A stretch of DNA of 64,000 nucleotides, from positions 10,726,001 to 10,790,000 of the forward strand of contig NC_043015.1 of NCBI RefSeq assembly GCF_006345805.1, in the 5' to 3' direction. This document shows, piece by piece, positions 36,360 through 50,676 of the stretch (positions within the stretch are counted from its first letter, which is position 1; the number at the start of each line of letters is the position of its first letter). The notes beneath the pieces are model-generated. The model ran no database searches and had not been told where the DNA came from. It saw nothing but the letters and a program-made list of their open reading frames with translations. Position numbers and translations under genes: made by a program. Source of the stretch: Octopus sinensis (taxonomy: Eukaryota).

Positions 36360-38431
36360 AATCCGTGCCTACCGGGAGTTTCTGTTCTTTCACGAATGTC
36401 ACACATATTTAGATTACAATCCGGAAAATATTTATGTAACCCAAACTTTTCTCCAGCTGGAGGTAATCTGTTTAATATTACGGGCGTTGTGTGTGTTTAT
36501 TTAGCGAAAACACCTAAAGCTCCACGTGGTTCCGACAGGGTGGTGGTGGCGACCCTTGTTGTACTCTTTCGCCCCAAATTTCTCTCTCTCACTCTTTCTT
36601 CCTGCGACGGACTGGCGTCCCGTCCAGCGGGGGAAACGCATATGCCGAAGAAACCGGGAAACCGGGCCCATGAGCCTGGCTAGGCTTGAAAAGGGCGCAT
36701 AAATAAATAAATAACATTTAGGAACCAGCGAAACGATGGTAGGTGTCTCACTAGTCATTTTTCTATGTCTATACTAAAAGTAAATTTTTCCTTGCTGTAT
36801 GAGGAGTGTGATTCGAGCGTCAGAGTGATAAAACGGGAAGGCGGCGAGCTGGTAGAAATGTTAACACGCCGGGCGAAATGCTTAGCGGTATTTCGTCTGC
36901 CGCTACGTTCTGAGTTCACATTCCGCCGAGGTCGACTTTGCCTTTCATCTTTTCGGAGTCGATTAAATAAGTACCAATTACACACTGGGGTCGATATAAT
37001 CGACTTAAACCGTTTGTCTGTCCTTGTTTGTCCTCCATGTGTTTATCCCCTTGTGGGTAGTAAAGAAATAGATATTTCGTATGCCGTTACGTTCTGAGTT
37101 CAAATTCTACCGCGGTCGACTTTGCCATTCATCCTTTCGAACGAGTTATGCACTGGGGTCGATGTAACTGACTTAATCCCTTTGTCTGTCCTTGTTTGTC
37201 CCTTCTATGTTTAGCCCCTTGTGGCAATAAAGAAATAAGAATGATAAAAAGTGAAAATGCATCAATGGCTGGGCCTCTAAAGAGGCACACGATTATCAGG
37301 TATACATATTACATGCAAAACTATGACATATTAGGTAGTCTACCTCTTGATACAAGGCACTTTAAAGATAAAAGATATATTTAGTGTTGGAACGCTTTTG
37401 ACGAGATGTCTGCTAATGGAAATTATAATCTTTCTGATGAATTCGGAAAATGTTTATTCGAGATCACAAAATTCGGATCACAGAAATCTTATAAGAGATC
37501 ATTATATAAAAACTGAATTCAATTCAAACGAATAATCACTATTTGTAGAATGTGAATAAGGAACATAATTGCCAACTCTATGATTAAATATCATAAAAAA
37601 GTACAAGACAATCGTGGCAAGAGCGTTGATTAATGAGATAGTTAATGAATTAATACAATTTCCCAAACAATTTTGATTGGTTGCAGCATTATCATTATTT
37701 TGAAAAAGCGGGAAAACTGCATGTATAACATATTTCGTTTTCAATCAGGTTATATTATTTTACATCAGATAGCATGTGTTTACATAGTCGATGCAAATTA
37801 CGCCTCCGAGAAATCTGTACACACACATAAACACGCGCATGTATGCACGCGCGCCAATGAAGAGTTAAACGTTATGAAATTAACGTCCGGTCACAGAGTG
37901 ACCAATGGTTTCGCATCCACAAAGGCCTACACCTGGTAGATCAGATGTCACATTCGCGAGATGAAGCCCTTTGCGGATACAAAACCATTCATCACTATAT
38001 GACCAGACATTAACATAATTACTATATATATATATTATAATATATATATATATATACACAAAATGGGACAAGAACGCAAAACATCCAGACAGATGATACA
38101 AAAGACACGGACGGGCCATTCGAAGCATATATGTATATATATATATATATATATAATTAATTAATAAGGGTGAGTGAATTAGATACTAATTTAATAGTAT
38201 ACCTATTCAACACCAAGTGGCCCAGTGCTCCGAGAAACCTGGATTATTATAATATTTTACAATATATTATAATATTTTATACAAAAATAAATATAAGAGA
38301 GTGGTCACTATGTGGCTCACTCTAGCACTAGTAAATCCAAAAGGTTTCAACCACAAAAATACATGTTTCCCATGAAAGTCAGTACGATTGTTAGCTCACA
38401 CGAACAGGGCAAATAAAAAATAATAAAAATA

Positions 38432-38526
38432 CAGATTATTTTGGGACAATTGTTTCGCTATTAATGAATTAAATGTAATTTTACTCACAAAAAACTCACT
38501 TGTAGCTCCTCAGCCAAAACTATCTG
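38432..38526 (-). ncRNA. Type I hammerhead ribozyme, family 1
   Basis: Canonical core and stems. Confidence 0.8.
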
Positions 38527-39005
38527 GATGAAATCCACTCAATCACACGCCAGATTTTACCATAACGATAATACACGTGTGGTTCAATTGATTACATCCG
38601 ACGTTATAATTCAAATGCCCCTACCAACAGAGCGCCAAACTTTCACGGAAACAAATACTACATTTAGAAATAAATGTAGCATAATTATAATTAATTAATA
38701 AGGGTGAGAGAATTAGATACTAATTTAATAGTATACCTATTCAACACCAAGTCGCCCAGTACTCCGAGAGACCAGGATTATTATAATATTTTATAATATA
38801 TTATAATATTTTATACAAAAATAAATATAATATTAATTAATTATAATTATGCTACATTTATTTCTAAATGTAGTATTTGTTTCCGTGGAAGTTCGGCGCT
38901 CTGTTGGTAGGGGCATTTGAATTATAACGTCGGATGTAATCAATTGAACCACACGTGTATTTATCGTTATGGTAAAATCTGGCGTGTGATTGAGTGGATT
39001 TCATC

Positions 39006-39100
39006 CAGATAGTTTTGGCTGAGGAGCTACGAGTGAGTTTTTTGTGAGTAAAATTACATTTAATTCATTAATAGCGAAACAATTGTCCCAAAATAATCTG
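39006..39100 (+). ncRNA. Type I hammerhead ribozyme, family 1
   Basis: Canonical; predicted cut after C39087. Confidence 0.82.
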
Positions 39101-39539
39101 TATTTTTGTTATTTTTTATTTGCCCTGTTCGTGTGAGCTAACAATCGTACTGACTTTCATGGGAAACATGTATTTTTGTGGTTGAAACCTTTTGGATTTA
39201 CTAGTGCTAGAGTGAGCCACATAGTGACCACTCTCTTATATTTATTTTTGTATAAAATATTATAATATATATAAAATATTATAATAATCCAGGTTCCTCG
39301 GAGCACTGGGCCACTTGGTGTTGAATAGGTATACTATTAAATTAGTATCTAATTCTCTCACCCTTATTAATTAATTATAATTATGCTACATTTATTTCTA
39401 AATGTAGTATTTGTTTCCGTGAAAGTTTGCCGCTCTGTTGGTAGGGGCATTTGAATTATAACGTCGGATGTAATCAATTGAACCACACGTGTATTTATCG
39501 TTATGGTAAAATCTGGCGTGTGATTGAGTGGATTTCATC

Positions 39540-39633
39540 CAGATAGTTTTGGCTGAGGAGCTACAAGTGAGTTTTTTGTGAGTAAAATTACATTTATTCA
39601 TTAATAGCGAAACAATTGTCCCAAAATAATCTG
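39540..39633 (+). ncRNA. Type I hammerhead ribozyme, family 1
   Basis: Canonical; predicted cut after C39620. Confidence 0.82.
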
Positions 39634-39779
39634 TATTTTTGTTATTTTTTATTTGCCCTGTTCGTGTGAGCTAACAATCGTACTGACTTTCATGGGAAAC
39701 ATGTATTTTTGTGGTTGAAACCTTTTGGATTTACTAGTGCTAGAGTGAGCCACATAGTGACCACTCTCTTATATTTATT

Positions 39780-39811
<32 letters not shown>

Positions 39812-39930
39812 ATATATATACAAACATATATAATCATGTTAATGTCTGGTCATATATAAATACATATATATATATAATATATATATATATATAATATATA
39901 TATATATATTATATATATATATTATATATA

Positions 39931-39996
<66 letters not shown>

Positions 39997-42087
39997 GCAT
40001 GTATATGGATGTGTGATTGTAATTGAGACTCACTTCAATGAGGTACTTACGTTGAAGCCCCATGTCAGTCCGGTATTATCAGCACAGCTCGAAGTAAAGT
40101 GAATAAAATCAAAATAAGCTACAGGATACAAAGTATTGCTACAGTAAGACCGTTTCAAGCGGCTCAATTTAATTGAACAATGCAATCATTACAATAATTC
40201 AAATACAGAACTATCATCGGCTGCAAAATAAATAGAATTTTAATCAGTTGCACACATTGATATAATGTTTCTCAAATTCTTTAACGGAGCAAGAAGATGG
40301 AAGAAATCCATTTTGTCGCTATTGTAACGAGGAGTAGACATGTCATGAAGCCCACTGGAATCATAGCTTTTAAGGATTTTGTTTCATTTCTAATTTATTT
40401 GACTTTGTATCAACTGCTAAGTCTAAAGGTAGAGGATTGTTTGTTTGGAATGAAGGGCAAGAGTGAGTTGACAGCTCATGCCATAGTGTGATCATAAATA
40501 TTGTCAGGGCATTAGTAATTTGTGTATAAAGTAACTGTCTATAAAAGAAGGTTGGGTAAAGGAAGACCCTAAATCATGATATTAATAACCACTTAAAGGG
40601 GCAAGACACTAATAAATCTTATGATGGTAATACAGACGAAATTTTATCATGAGATACTGTGGGTGATTGTTTATAAACAATATTGTTATGTTGTATAAAA
40701 ATAAAATAAAATTTAAGATTATCAACAATGATATCATAACCAAAATAGGTAAAATGTGTGTGTATATCAATTTTAAACATTAAAAATAAAATATAACATA
40801 GAATCAGTGTAATATTCATCCATGTAATTAATTATTTACTTATTAGGTGGTTTCTATAGAGACTGTTTAGGGAATTTATTTATGGAATACTGGAAAGATA
40901 ACATGCTATCTATATATAATTATTAACCAGGAATCAGAAAAAGATTTTTAAAGAAAGATTTGTAGATACACAACATATATTTATGTATGTGCACACATGC
41001 ATTTATAAAGAAATATTTATACGTTTATATGAATAACATGTAACCATCTCGCATAGAATTAAGTAACTAAAAAGTAACACTTTATAAGGGATAACATGTT
41101 ATAACGTTTATATGGATATAGTATAACCATCTCGCATAGACCTAAGTAACTGAAAAATCTCTATTTAAGGACGGTAACAATTTATTATCAAAATAAGAAA
41201 TCAAAATAAGAATTTATAGAAAATAATAAGAAATATATATAACCCACATTTAAAGAGACAGGATTTTACAATTTGAGGTAGGGAAGAGATAAAGTTAACC
41301 GGAATAGAGCAAATAGATAAAGTTAACCGGAATAGAGCAAATATAGCAAATAGAGTTAATAGGAATAGAGCAAAAAGCGGCGAGCTGGCAGAAACGTTAG
41401 CACGCCGGGCAAAATGCTTAACGGCATTTCGTCTGCGTTACGTTGTGAGTTCAATTTTTTCGGCGAGGTCGACTTTGCCTTTCATCCTTTCGGGGTCGAT
41501 AAATTAAGTACCAGTTACGCACTGGGGTCGATGTAATCGACTTAATACCTATGTCTGTCCTTGTTTGCCCGCTCTGTGTTTAGCTCCTTGTGGGTAATAA
41601 AGAAATAGGAATAGAGCAAATACAACAAAATGATCCTTTAAGAGAATCAAACAACCGGGATGATTGCTGTTCGTTCCCAACAGGGAAGCCAACCAGGAAG
41701 AACGACAAAGCTGAGAACCACAAAAGAAAGACGTCACCATTATTTTAACGAATCAAAAATCAGATCCACTCGCGAAAAAAATTATAAATACACCGGATTC
41801 GAAAACACACCGTTACAAGCGAAAGGTCCTACACACGACGGAAAGAGAAATTGTAAACCAAATCCCTTTCTTTGCTATCTTCTTTTCTCCCTTGCTTTTT
41901 TCCCTCTTAACTCAGTATGAGTGAAACTTTGATGATATTCATTTCTAGTCGATCACTTCTAACACTAATGAGCTTTGTACCTTCAAACAATTTGATGCAC
42001 AGGTATTTTTAATGTTATTGACTTTTATGAACACACACACACACACACACACGCACACACACACATACACACACACACACACACACA

Positions 42088-42127
<40 letters not shown>

Positions 42128-42416
42128 CAAGATGCGTAAGGTATTAGAGTCATTGCTACAACTTTTGCTAACTCTATATAATCTTTCTTTCAGAAAATAA
42201 TAATGGCACACCTTCAGCTTACTCAAAATGGGAAGAGGCATGATGTTATTTTGGTTATAAAGGCTGAGCATAGTGATTTAGAAATATCCAAATCTTTCAT
42301 CTATAGAGTTTGTTAGGGGCTTGAAACTGAAGATTCAAACGTATCACCAGTTTCAAAGCGTTAAAACGCATTTTAAACGCTTTGAAATCAATATATATAT
42401 ATGTTTATATTTATAA

Positions 42417-42485
<69 letters not shown>

Positions 42486-42638
42486 ATATATATATATATC
42501 ACGGAGATGTACTCGCATAGCAATGATTTGATCTGAGATCGTGTGCTGGAACGAAAACAAATGCACCATGGAAGGTGTTTGTAAGCCATTTAAGAAACAC
42601 ACAAAAGCTGTTCGATTCACTTTAACATTTAAGTTTAA

Positions 42639-42688
42639 TTTGTCAAAATATTTTCGTCGCTAAAATCCGCGACCTGTTCACTGACAAA
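42639..42688 (-). ncRNA. Variant hammerhead, family 2 (G3-C8 core)
   Basis: [uuuguca] GUGAACA G [gucgc-ggauuuua-gcgac] GAAA AUAU UU [ugacaaa]; perfect 7-bp stem I and 5-bp stem II. Confidence 0.7.
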
Positions 42689-42844
42689 AATCGTGCTCAT
42701 CGGGAGTTTCTGTTCTTTCACGAATGACACATATTTTTAGATTACAATCAGGAAAATATTTATGTAACCCAAACTTTTCTCCAGCTGGAGGTAATCTGTT
42801 TAATATTACTCATTCAAAGGCACGCATGAGATGCAGCACGGATT

Positions 42845-42894
42845 TTTGTCAGTGAAGAGGTCGCGGATTTTAGCGACGAAAATATTTTGACAAA
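42845..42894 (+). ncRNA. Family 2 hammerhead with a G3/G8 core (probably inactive)
   Basis: Same stems, core GUGAAGA. Confidence 0.5.
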
Positions 42895-42973
42895 TTAAAC
42901 TTAAATGTTGAAGTAAATCGAACGGCTTTTGTGTTTCTTAAATAGCTTACAAACACATCCCACGCTGCAATTG

Positions 42974-43011
<38 letters not shown>

Positions 43012-43034
43012 GATAGATTGTTAGGCACTACATA

Positions 43035-43200
43035 CATTTTTATGTTCTACTTTTTTCTGTCCTTTGTTTTTTTTTCTGTATCCCTTTCTGTAGAAGATCG
43101 TAGGCTCTAAACGTAATATACTTTTTCTATTACTGAGCGTTGTACACCCCCTGTCTTCGTATGTTTTATTTGGTTTTTTTTGGTTTTCGTAAACTCTCCC
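43035..43200 (+). mobile_element. Short pLTR-like element, family 3 (degenerate)
   Basis: Homologous to 53850-53985. Confidence 0.55.
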
Positions 43201-43234
<34 letters not shown>

Positions 43235-43239
43235 ATACA

Positions 43240-43636
43240 CTAGCAGTATCGCCCGGCGTTGCTCGGGTTTGTAAGGGAAATAACTATAAAGCATTTTTAG
43301 AGAGTTATAGCCAAAAAGTAGCAAAAAATTCATTAAAAATGGAAAAAAAACGATGGTAATTTTTTTTTTAAATCGTTGACTCATCGTAGACATTTTTAAA
43401 GAGATACTTCCCTTATATAATAGCGATAAAAATGAATTAAAATGGAAAAAAATGATGGTAAATTATTTTTTGAATCGTAGACTCATCGTAGACGCGCGCT
43501 AATTCCCAGAAGGGCTCGATATGAATCACGACTATAAGATACCCGGTTGTGGTTACACTGCACCGCAAAATGTGGGAGTAGTTAGGAATCTAAATCGTAA
43601 GAGACACACACACAACTCCACTTTTATATATAAAGA
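43240..43636 (-). mobile_element. Non-autonomous Helitron
   Basis: Minus strand: A|TCTTTATATATAAAAG 5' end, GC hairpin cccgagcaacgccggg just before the CTAG|T 3' end. Confidence 0.82.
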
Positions 43637-44299
43637 TTAAAAGAGGTGACAAAAGTGACAGAGGATATTGACTAGTTCCACTATTTTTAGAAAGAAGAGT
43701 TAAAACAACTTAAAAGCCACAAGTGACTATCTCTATGACTGAAAAAGAAAGGTAAGTCCGCAGCATATATAGTCGGATTGACGATTTAATTTATTTTACC
43801 CCTAGGTTCAAATTACTGATGAGCTACACATTTAATTATATATATATATATATATATAATATATATATATATATATTCTTTCACGAATGTCACATATTTT
43901 TAGATTACAATCAGGAAAATATTTATGTAACCCAAACTTTTCTCCAGCTGGAGGTAATCTGTTTAATATTACTCATTCAAAGGCACGCACGAGCTGATCT
44001 ATATAAGAACCTCTGCTTCATGTACAGCTATCTGAATTCTATTCTGATTCATTTTTCCTCTGATACCCAGCTGTAGCCTCTGAAGTGAAATCGGCTTGCG
44101 GCCGTGGTATCTTTATTCAACTCCAGCAGCTCAGCATATTTCAAAAAGCACTTAAAACAAATCTTCTCCGTCACTTGCTTTATAATCTTCTCTAGGGTGA
44201 GTAAAGTGTTCTACCAAACTATCTGGTTTGTTTTGGAGATAATCATTTCGTCTGGCCCTAGTATTGATGATAAGTAATTATGGATGAATATATATATAT

Positions 44300-44383
<84 letters not shown>

Positions 44384-44390
44384 CATACAT

Positions 44391-44423
<33 letters not shown>

Positions 44424-45290
44424 GCGTCTGTATGTTTGATTGGTTGTGTGTGTGTGTGTGCTTTTGTGCGTGTGTGTGCATGTGTGTGCGTGTGCATTCG
44501 TGTACGCTGCGTCGGTATTCGACATTATGATCCTAAGATGATTTGGCTTAATGGTATACATTTAATCCAGTTGTTCCTTCTGTAAATGTATTATGTAGTA
44601 TGTAGTATTAGTGGAATTTCTCAGGACAAGTATATTTGATTTCTTAGCCTATCACATGATGTAGCGACCTACATTTATTTTACCTCATCGATTAAATCAA
44701 AATACGTGACTATTTCTGTCTTTACATTGATGGGCTGTCAGTTGTAGTTTTCGTGGCATTTGATATGTTGAGACGCCAATGTCATACTAAAGATTTCTAT
44801 TTGATAATCTCCGTATTTTCTGGAGTGGGAAACATGGAGTATTGCCTTCCGATTCTAGAGTATATTATTTCTACTGATATCGTTGATATTCTGTAACTGA
44901 TTTTGAAGACTGATGGATAAAATTGTGCCTGGTTTACAGAATCGGTAGCGCAATGTAGAAAGATGTGCCATGTAGTATTGAATTATGCTTTCTTATGTTC
45001 TGATTTCGATTAATGTTACATACAGATTTGAATGAAATCCTTTCGGTATATATAAAATAAGCAACTGTGAAGTATTGCCTTCGATACAATTGATTGTAGA
45101 GTTCACCAATTTCTATAAGAAAACGTTATTCCTTATAACTTCAAATTTATGAAAGCAAAAAGTTTGACAGCGACTTCCAAGTTATCGCTTGCCAGTCGCC
45201 CTCAATCGTTAGTGTAAAGACGAATCCTACGCCAAAATTTCGAAGTCATCGCCAGTGGTTTTTTAATTTCTCTTTTTAATTTCGCTAGAA

Positions 45291-45676
45291 ATTAACAAAT
45301 ATCTACTCCTCTATATGGTTATCTGTGATCCTTCTGTTAAATTTTGAATAATTTTATATAGTTTGAATCAAATTGTATAAATATTATGTGTTGAATAATT
45401 TTATACAGATTTGATAAAATGTTGACGTTCATAACACTGAAGTGCGGTGCTAACCTAGTTCATAATTTGTACAAAAACATTTAATTAACAAATATCTACT
45501 CCACTATATGGTTATCTGTGATCCTTCTGTTAAATGTTGGATAATTTTATGTAGTTTGAATCAAAGTATATAAATATTATATATTGAATAATTTTATACA
45601 GTTTTGATAAAATGTTGACGTTCATAACACTAAAGTGCGGTGCTAATCTTGCTCATAATTTGTACAAAAACATTTC
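45291..45676. repeat. Two-copy 193-bp tandem repeat
   Basis: attaacaaatatctactcc at 45291 and 45484. Confidence 0.88.
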
Positions 45677-46515
45677 ATTTCTCACCAATACGTTTCGTTA
45701 AACCTATAGAAAACTATCCAGTTCACTGTACGTATTATTATTACGTTGGAATAAGTGACAGCGAAGTAGAAGGATCATTGTCGTTTCGGCCAAAATGCTC
45801 AACGATTTGTCACCTGAATCTTTACATCCCAATTTCAAATGCCGCCGATGTCGACTTTCACTTCCTTCGTTGCTATTTAGATAACTTAAATACACAGTAA
45901 CAGACTTCTCCTTCACTCAAAACTTCTGGGGATTTTTATGCCAAAATCAGAATAGATCATTATGTAGGCATAAATTTCAAATATAAACTTTTGTGTAGTT
46001 TACAATATCATCCCTTATATCATTTATAAATTATATGACCCTTATATTCCACACGCTAACATGTTATCTCCTTATCTCGATGCATTAGCATACGTACATA
46101 TTTCATGCGTTATATTAATTTATAAGACGTACACAGTGTATTAACTTATTTGTGTATAAATCAGAAATGTTATGTCACACAGTTTACTAATTTAACCATG
46201 TCACTCTCGTTATTGTTGTTGTTGTTGTTGTCGTCGTCGTTGTTGATGTTTGTTGTTGTTGGTGGTGGTGGTGTTGGTGTCTAGAATTGTTTAATGCGTA
46301 AATGATGTGTATAATGACCAAAGAAATGTAGACATGAGTTTTACTTCAGTTTTACATATTTATCTCTTAGTAGGAGATGAAATAGAGATATGTTTCTTAT
46401 TTTGAATGATCAGTACAATTGCATATAGAATCTGTAACACGCTTCTTATACTATATTCTCTATCTAATGTTTTACACAAGCACACTCTAAAACATACATA
46501 GACATACATACATAT

Positions 46516-46608
<93 letters not shown>

Positions 46609-46860
46609 TTTTCTATATGCTAGATCACTGGTTCTAAATTGGCATTAATAAAATTAATATTACATTTTTCACCCTTATTATTTTGTGTGTGTGTGTGTGT
46701 GTGTGTGTATGCATGTATGTATACATATCTTCCACATTCCGTTTAAAAAATCCTCTCTTAAGGTTTTGTTTGGCCCGAGACTATAGTAGAAACACATGCC
46801 TAAGGTGGTAGGTGCTAAGAATAAAAGAATATATATTTATATATTCTTTTATTTGTTTCA

Positions 46861-47590
46861 GGCAGATATTTGGCTGATTGAGTCCATAGGGTCAAAATTG
46901 CTTTCGATTCCACCCTATCAGCAACAGGAAGCATTTTAACATCCAAGAGCCTGGCTCCGCTGCCACCCAGACCCCGAAAGATAGTGTCCTCTATCCACTC
47001 AGGCTCTATTTCGGGCTCTTGTCAATTTCCTCCCACGATATGTGGGGAGAAACAAACATTTTTCCCCTTCCAGGAACTGGCTAAAGGAAAGCTAGCCTTC
47101 CTAGGGGTGTCAAAAAAGCAACCACACTGTTGCAAATTTGATACACCTTGCAATATACTTGATAGTTGGCAGGTATTCTGCCAAATCGTTTTCGATTTCG
47201 ACTTGAGAGAACACAGTGATGGTATCAAGGAACATGAAATATGTTCTCAACACCACCATTCTCTCATTACAGTCCTTTATCCACTGCCTGGGGGGCAAAA
47301 CTTCCCACTCCAGCAGAGTGGTTTTCTTTGATGCCATGATTGTAAAAACAAAGAAAGACAATGAGTTCAAAAGAAAGTTCAACTGTTCTAAGTAAAAGTT
47401 CAGTAAAAAACACAAAAAAAAAGAACAGAAAGACAAAGCAGAGAAAAAGAACGAAGGAAGACAGTTCAATTCACGGTTACACAATTCCGCAAATCCGGTA
47501 ATCCGCAAGAATACAGGTAGTCCAGTCGTAGCATAAAAATTAATCCATCCTGCCTTCGTACTCCTTGCCTATGATAAATCCAATGGAATT
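46861..47590 (-). pseudogene. Disrupted ORF with a pyrimidine-rich leader; possible 5' end (ORF1) of a non-LTR retroelement
   Basis: ATG at 47337: MASKKTTLLEWEVLPPRQW...VWLLF/fs/DTPRKASF...IEPEWIEDTIFRGLGG..; truncated at a SINE fragment. Confidence 0.4.
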
Positions 47591-47836
47591 TCACGAACGA
47601 AGTAACACAAAGACAATTTTCATAATCAAACAAATTTTTGCGCAGAGTGGAGACTGTTGCTCACTAACAATTATCAAATACAGGGCACCAAACTCCACTA
47701 AGCCCCTAAAAATATAACAAAAGCCGACCTGTAGTCGAACTTCTACGTTCAATATATCACGACGAAATATGTGACTTTCAAGTAGCAAGAACTCGCCTGT
47801 AGTAAGCAAGCTACTTATCACACATCCACGCCAGCG

Positions 47837-47881
<45 letters not shown>

Positions 47882-47998
47882 TATTTTATTTAAAAGCAGG
47901 AAAAATGTGTTTCTGGTGCTTAAATAAAGCATCTTCCTTTACCTCTGGTATTTGAGTACTCATTTTTCCACCTTCTTTCACATTTATGTGCTTACTCC

Positions 47999-48076
<78 letters not shown>

Positions 48077-49682
48077 ATCGGTTCAAGTAGAGCACTCGTC
48101 ATCGTACTCGACGGAGTGCAAGTTATATCCTCGTAATATATTCGATATCGTTTATGGTTTTACAATACACTTAAAAAGGAATTACTTGCGCAATTATTTT
48201 ATACCTGATTATGTTATGAATTTCATGACTGTTTTTTCCAGTAGTTAGCATCTCAGTTTCTACCTTTAATTCATGCTCAATAATCTATCTGTTTGGATGC
48301 TTTCAGAATATGGAGATTATGTATGTTCTCTACTTGTTAACCCAACAAAATTGAACGCAAACGAGCAACTGCCCTCTACCTGGTTTTTCAATGTGCTATA
48401 TATAACACAATATTCAAATCATAGAATACTGTGTTAATTAAAAAGGGTAGTGTATGTCCTAGATATTGATATCCACAAAAAAAGAGAGGTATGCTTCTGA
48501 AAATAGATCTTCATCAAGATATGCATGAGCCGAAAAGCAACATCGACAACAACCAACACAAATGATCAGACGATCGAGCTATGTTGTTGTTTTATATATT
48601 GCTATAGATTAGCTAGAAATATGTGACAAGAGCTCATTGCTTTTGTAAAATCTCTGAAAATTTGTGTTACTGGAGTATGGCTGGTTTATTTACAATTCAT
48701 GCCGTCGCACTTGTAACCTTGTCCAAATGACTGCAAAGAGTGAATTGTTTTGAATTTTCCGAAGGTTTCGGTGCTTTACGCGTCGATTAGAAAGTAGTTT
48801 TTCCTTATAATTATTTTGGTTCTAAATATATTGCAAACAGTCAAACAACAGCCACCTACTCGAAGATTGCATCTATCTATATTTAAATCAATAACTAATA
48901 CTGACAATTATATTAACGCTAATCAAATAAAAGATTTAGCAGCCAATTTCATTATGGAAATTCTGAGGCAAGGGAATCATACAAGTCCTTGTAACTATTT
49001 TATTACAGATGAAGGTTGAAATTTATCGAATGTTAGATGCTGCTGTATTGAATGCAATGTGCCAAAAGGTGAACATTCATTTCGCAATGTCAACGTTAAT
49101 AACTGAAGAAACGCAAATGCACTCATTTAATGACGAATTTGGCTAATCCAACTATTAGAATGTCAGGCAATTAGTTGTAATTGTCAATTTGTTGATCTTA
49201 AGCAAGTGATGTTCTAGGGATTGTTCCAACAGAACCTGTCTGTTCGCAGAATTTCGAAATATCTGCCTCATTAATTTATTGGATGTTATCCAATCTAGAA
49301 AATTGTGCGTCTAATGAATTTCTAGTTGTACTACATTATTACACAAGACTAATAAAATAGATTTTTTCCCCCGAAGACTTCTTTCACATATTGAATGGCT
49401 TCACGGTGCAATTAACTACATAGTCGTCTCATGTCGCTTCTTCTGTTTAAGCGTCTGGAGGATGCCGTCTGCTTTTGATCGCTTCATAGATGTAGGCACC
49501 ACTTTATGTAAGAAGGAAAGCTAAATATAGATGAAACTTTTCTAACGTATCCCTCTCGTTAACAACTACTGCTAGTGATTGGTTCTTGAGGAAATTGAAA
49601 GAAAACAGAGATATATTCCGCAGTTTTAACAGTTCGTTTTATACTCTATATGTATATTTTTCATACTGACATATAAAGAGAT

Positions 49683-49838
<156 letters not shown>

Positions 49839-50296
49839 GAAAGAGGAAGACACGCAGGCAGACACACAAACAGGGAGTTTAGTATACAGGAAGGAAGGCA
49901 GACAGGCAGAGACAGAGAGAGAAAGGGAGAGAGTGATAGGGGAGAGAGAGCGATAGGTGAGAGAGGGATACAGATAAGTAGAGGCATGTTTTATGTGGAC
50001 AGCCATTTATTGATAATTTATTCGTATTACGAAGAAAAATGAAGATTGATGATGAACGCTGTAACTATGGCAACATAGAAGACAGAATACCAATCATAAA
50101 GGACACAGCTCTGTCGAGATTAAAACAAATCAACATCTACAAAACTGTGTACCTTTGCTGAAAGGCACCAGGTACATATTCTACTCAGTTGGGTAATCAA
50201 ATGAATCAACCCGAGTATATGAGTGGTTTTACTTTATTAGCATCAGAAGAAGGAAATACTAATGAGATCTTGACATGATAGGGATCCAGAATATAG

Positions 50297-50676
50297 ATAG
50301 GCGCAGCTGTGGCTGTGTGGTAAGAAGCTTGATTTCCAATCATATGGTTCGGGTTCGGTCCCACTGCGAGGCAACTAGGCAGGTGTTTTCTACTATAGTC
50401 ACCTAAGCCGACCTAAGCCTTGTGAGTGGATTTGGTAGACGGAAACCGAAAGAAGCCCATCGTGTGCGTGTGTGTGTGTTTCTCTGTGTTCATTCTTCCT
50501 ATTGCATAGCGTATGGTGCTAGTGTGTTTACGTCCCCGTAACTTAGCGGTTCGGCAAAAGACCGATATGAATAAGTACCAGGCTTATAAAGTGTAAGTCC
50601 TGGGGTTATTACATTCAGCTTAAATTGATTTAAGCCGCAGCCTAATGACTGAAACAAGTAAAAGATAAAAGATAAG
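50297..50676 (+). mobile_element. SINE family C
   Basis: Full head, body and tail. Confidence 0.85.

Larger units (their letters stand above)
38153..39780. repeat. Hammerhead-bearing ~535-nt repeat array, copy 3
   Basis: Same architecture as copies 1 and 2. Confidence 0.93.
42501..42973. mobile_element. pLTR-like element, family 2, with inverted partial copy (arms 42558-42697 and 42835-42973)
   Basis: ~140-bp inverted arms, TA-tract flanks, a hammerhead motif in each arm. Confidence 0.75.
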
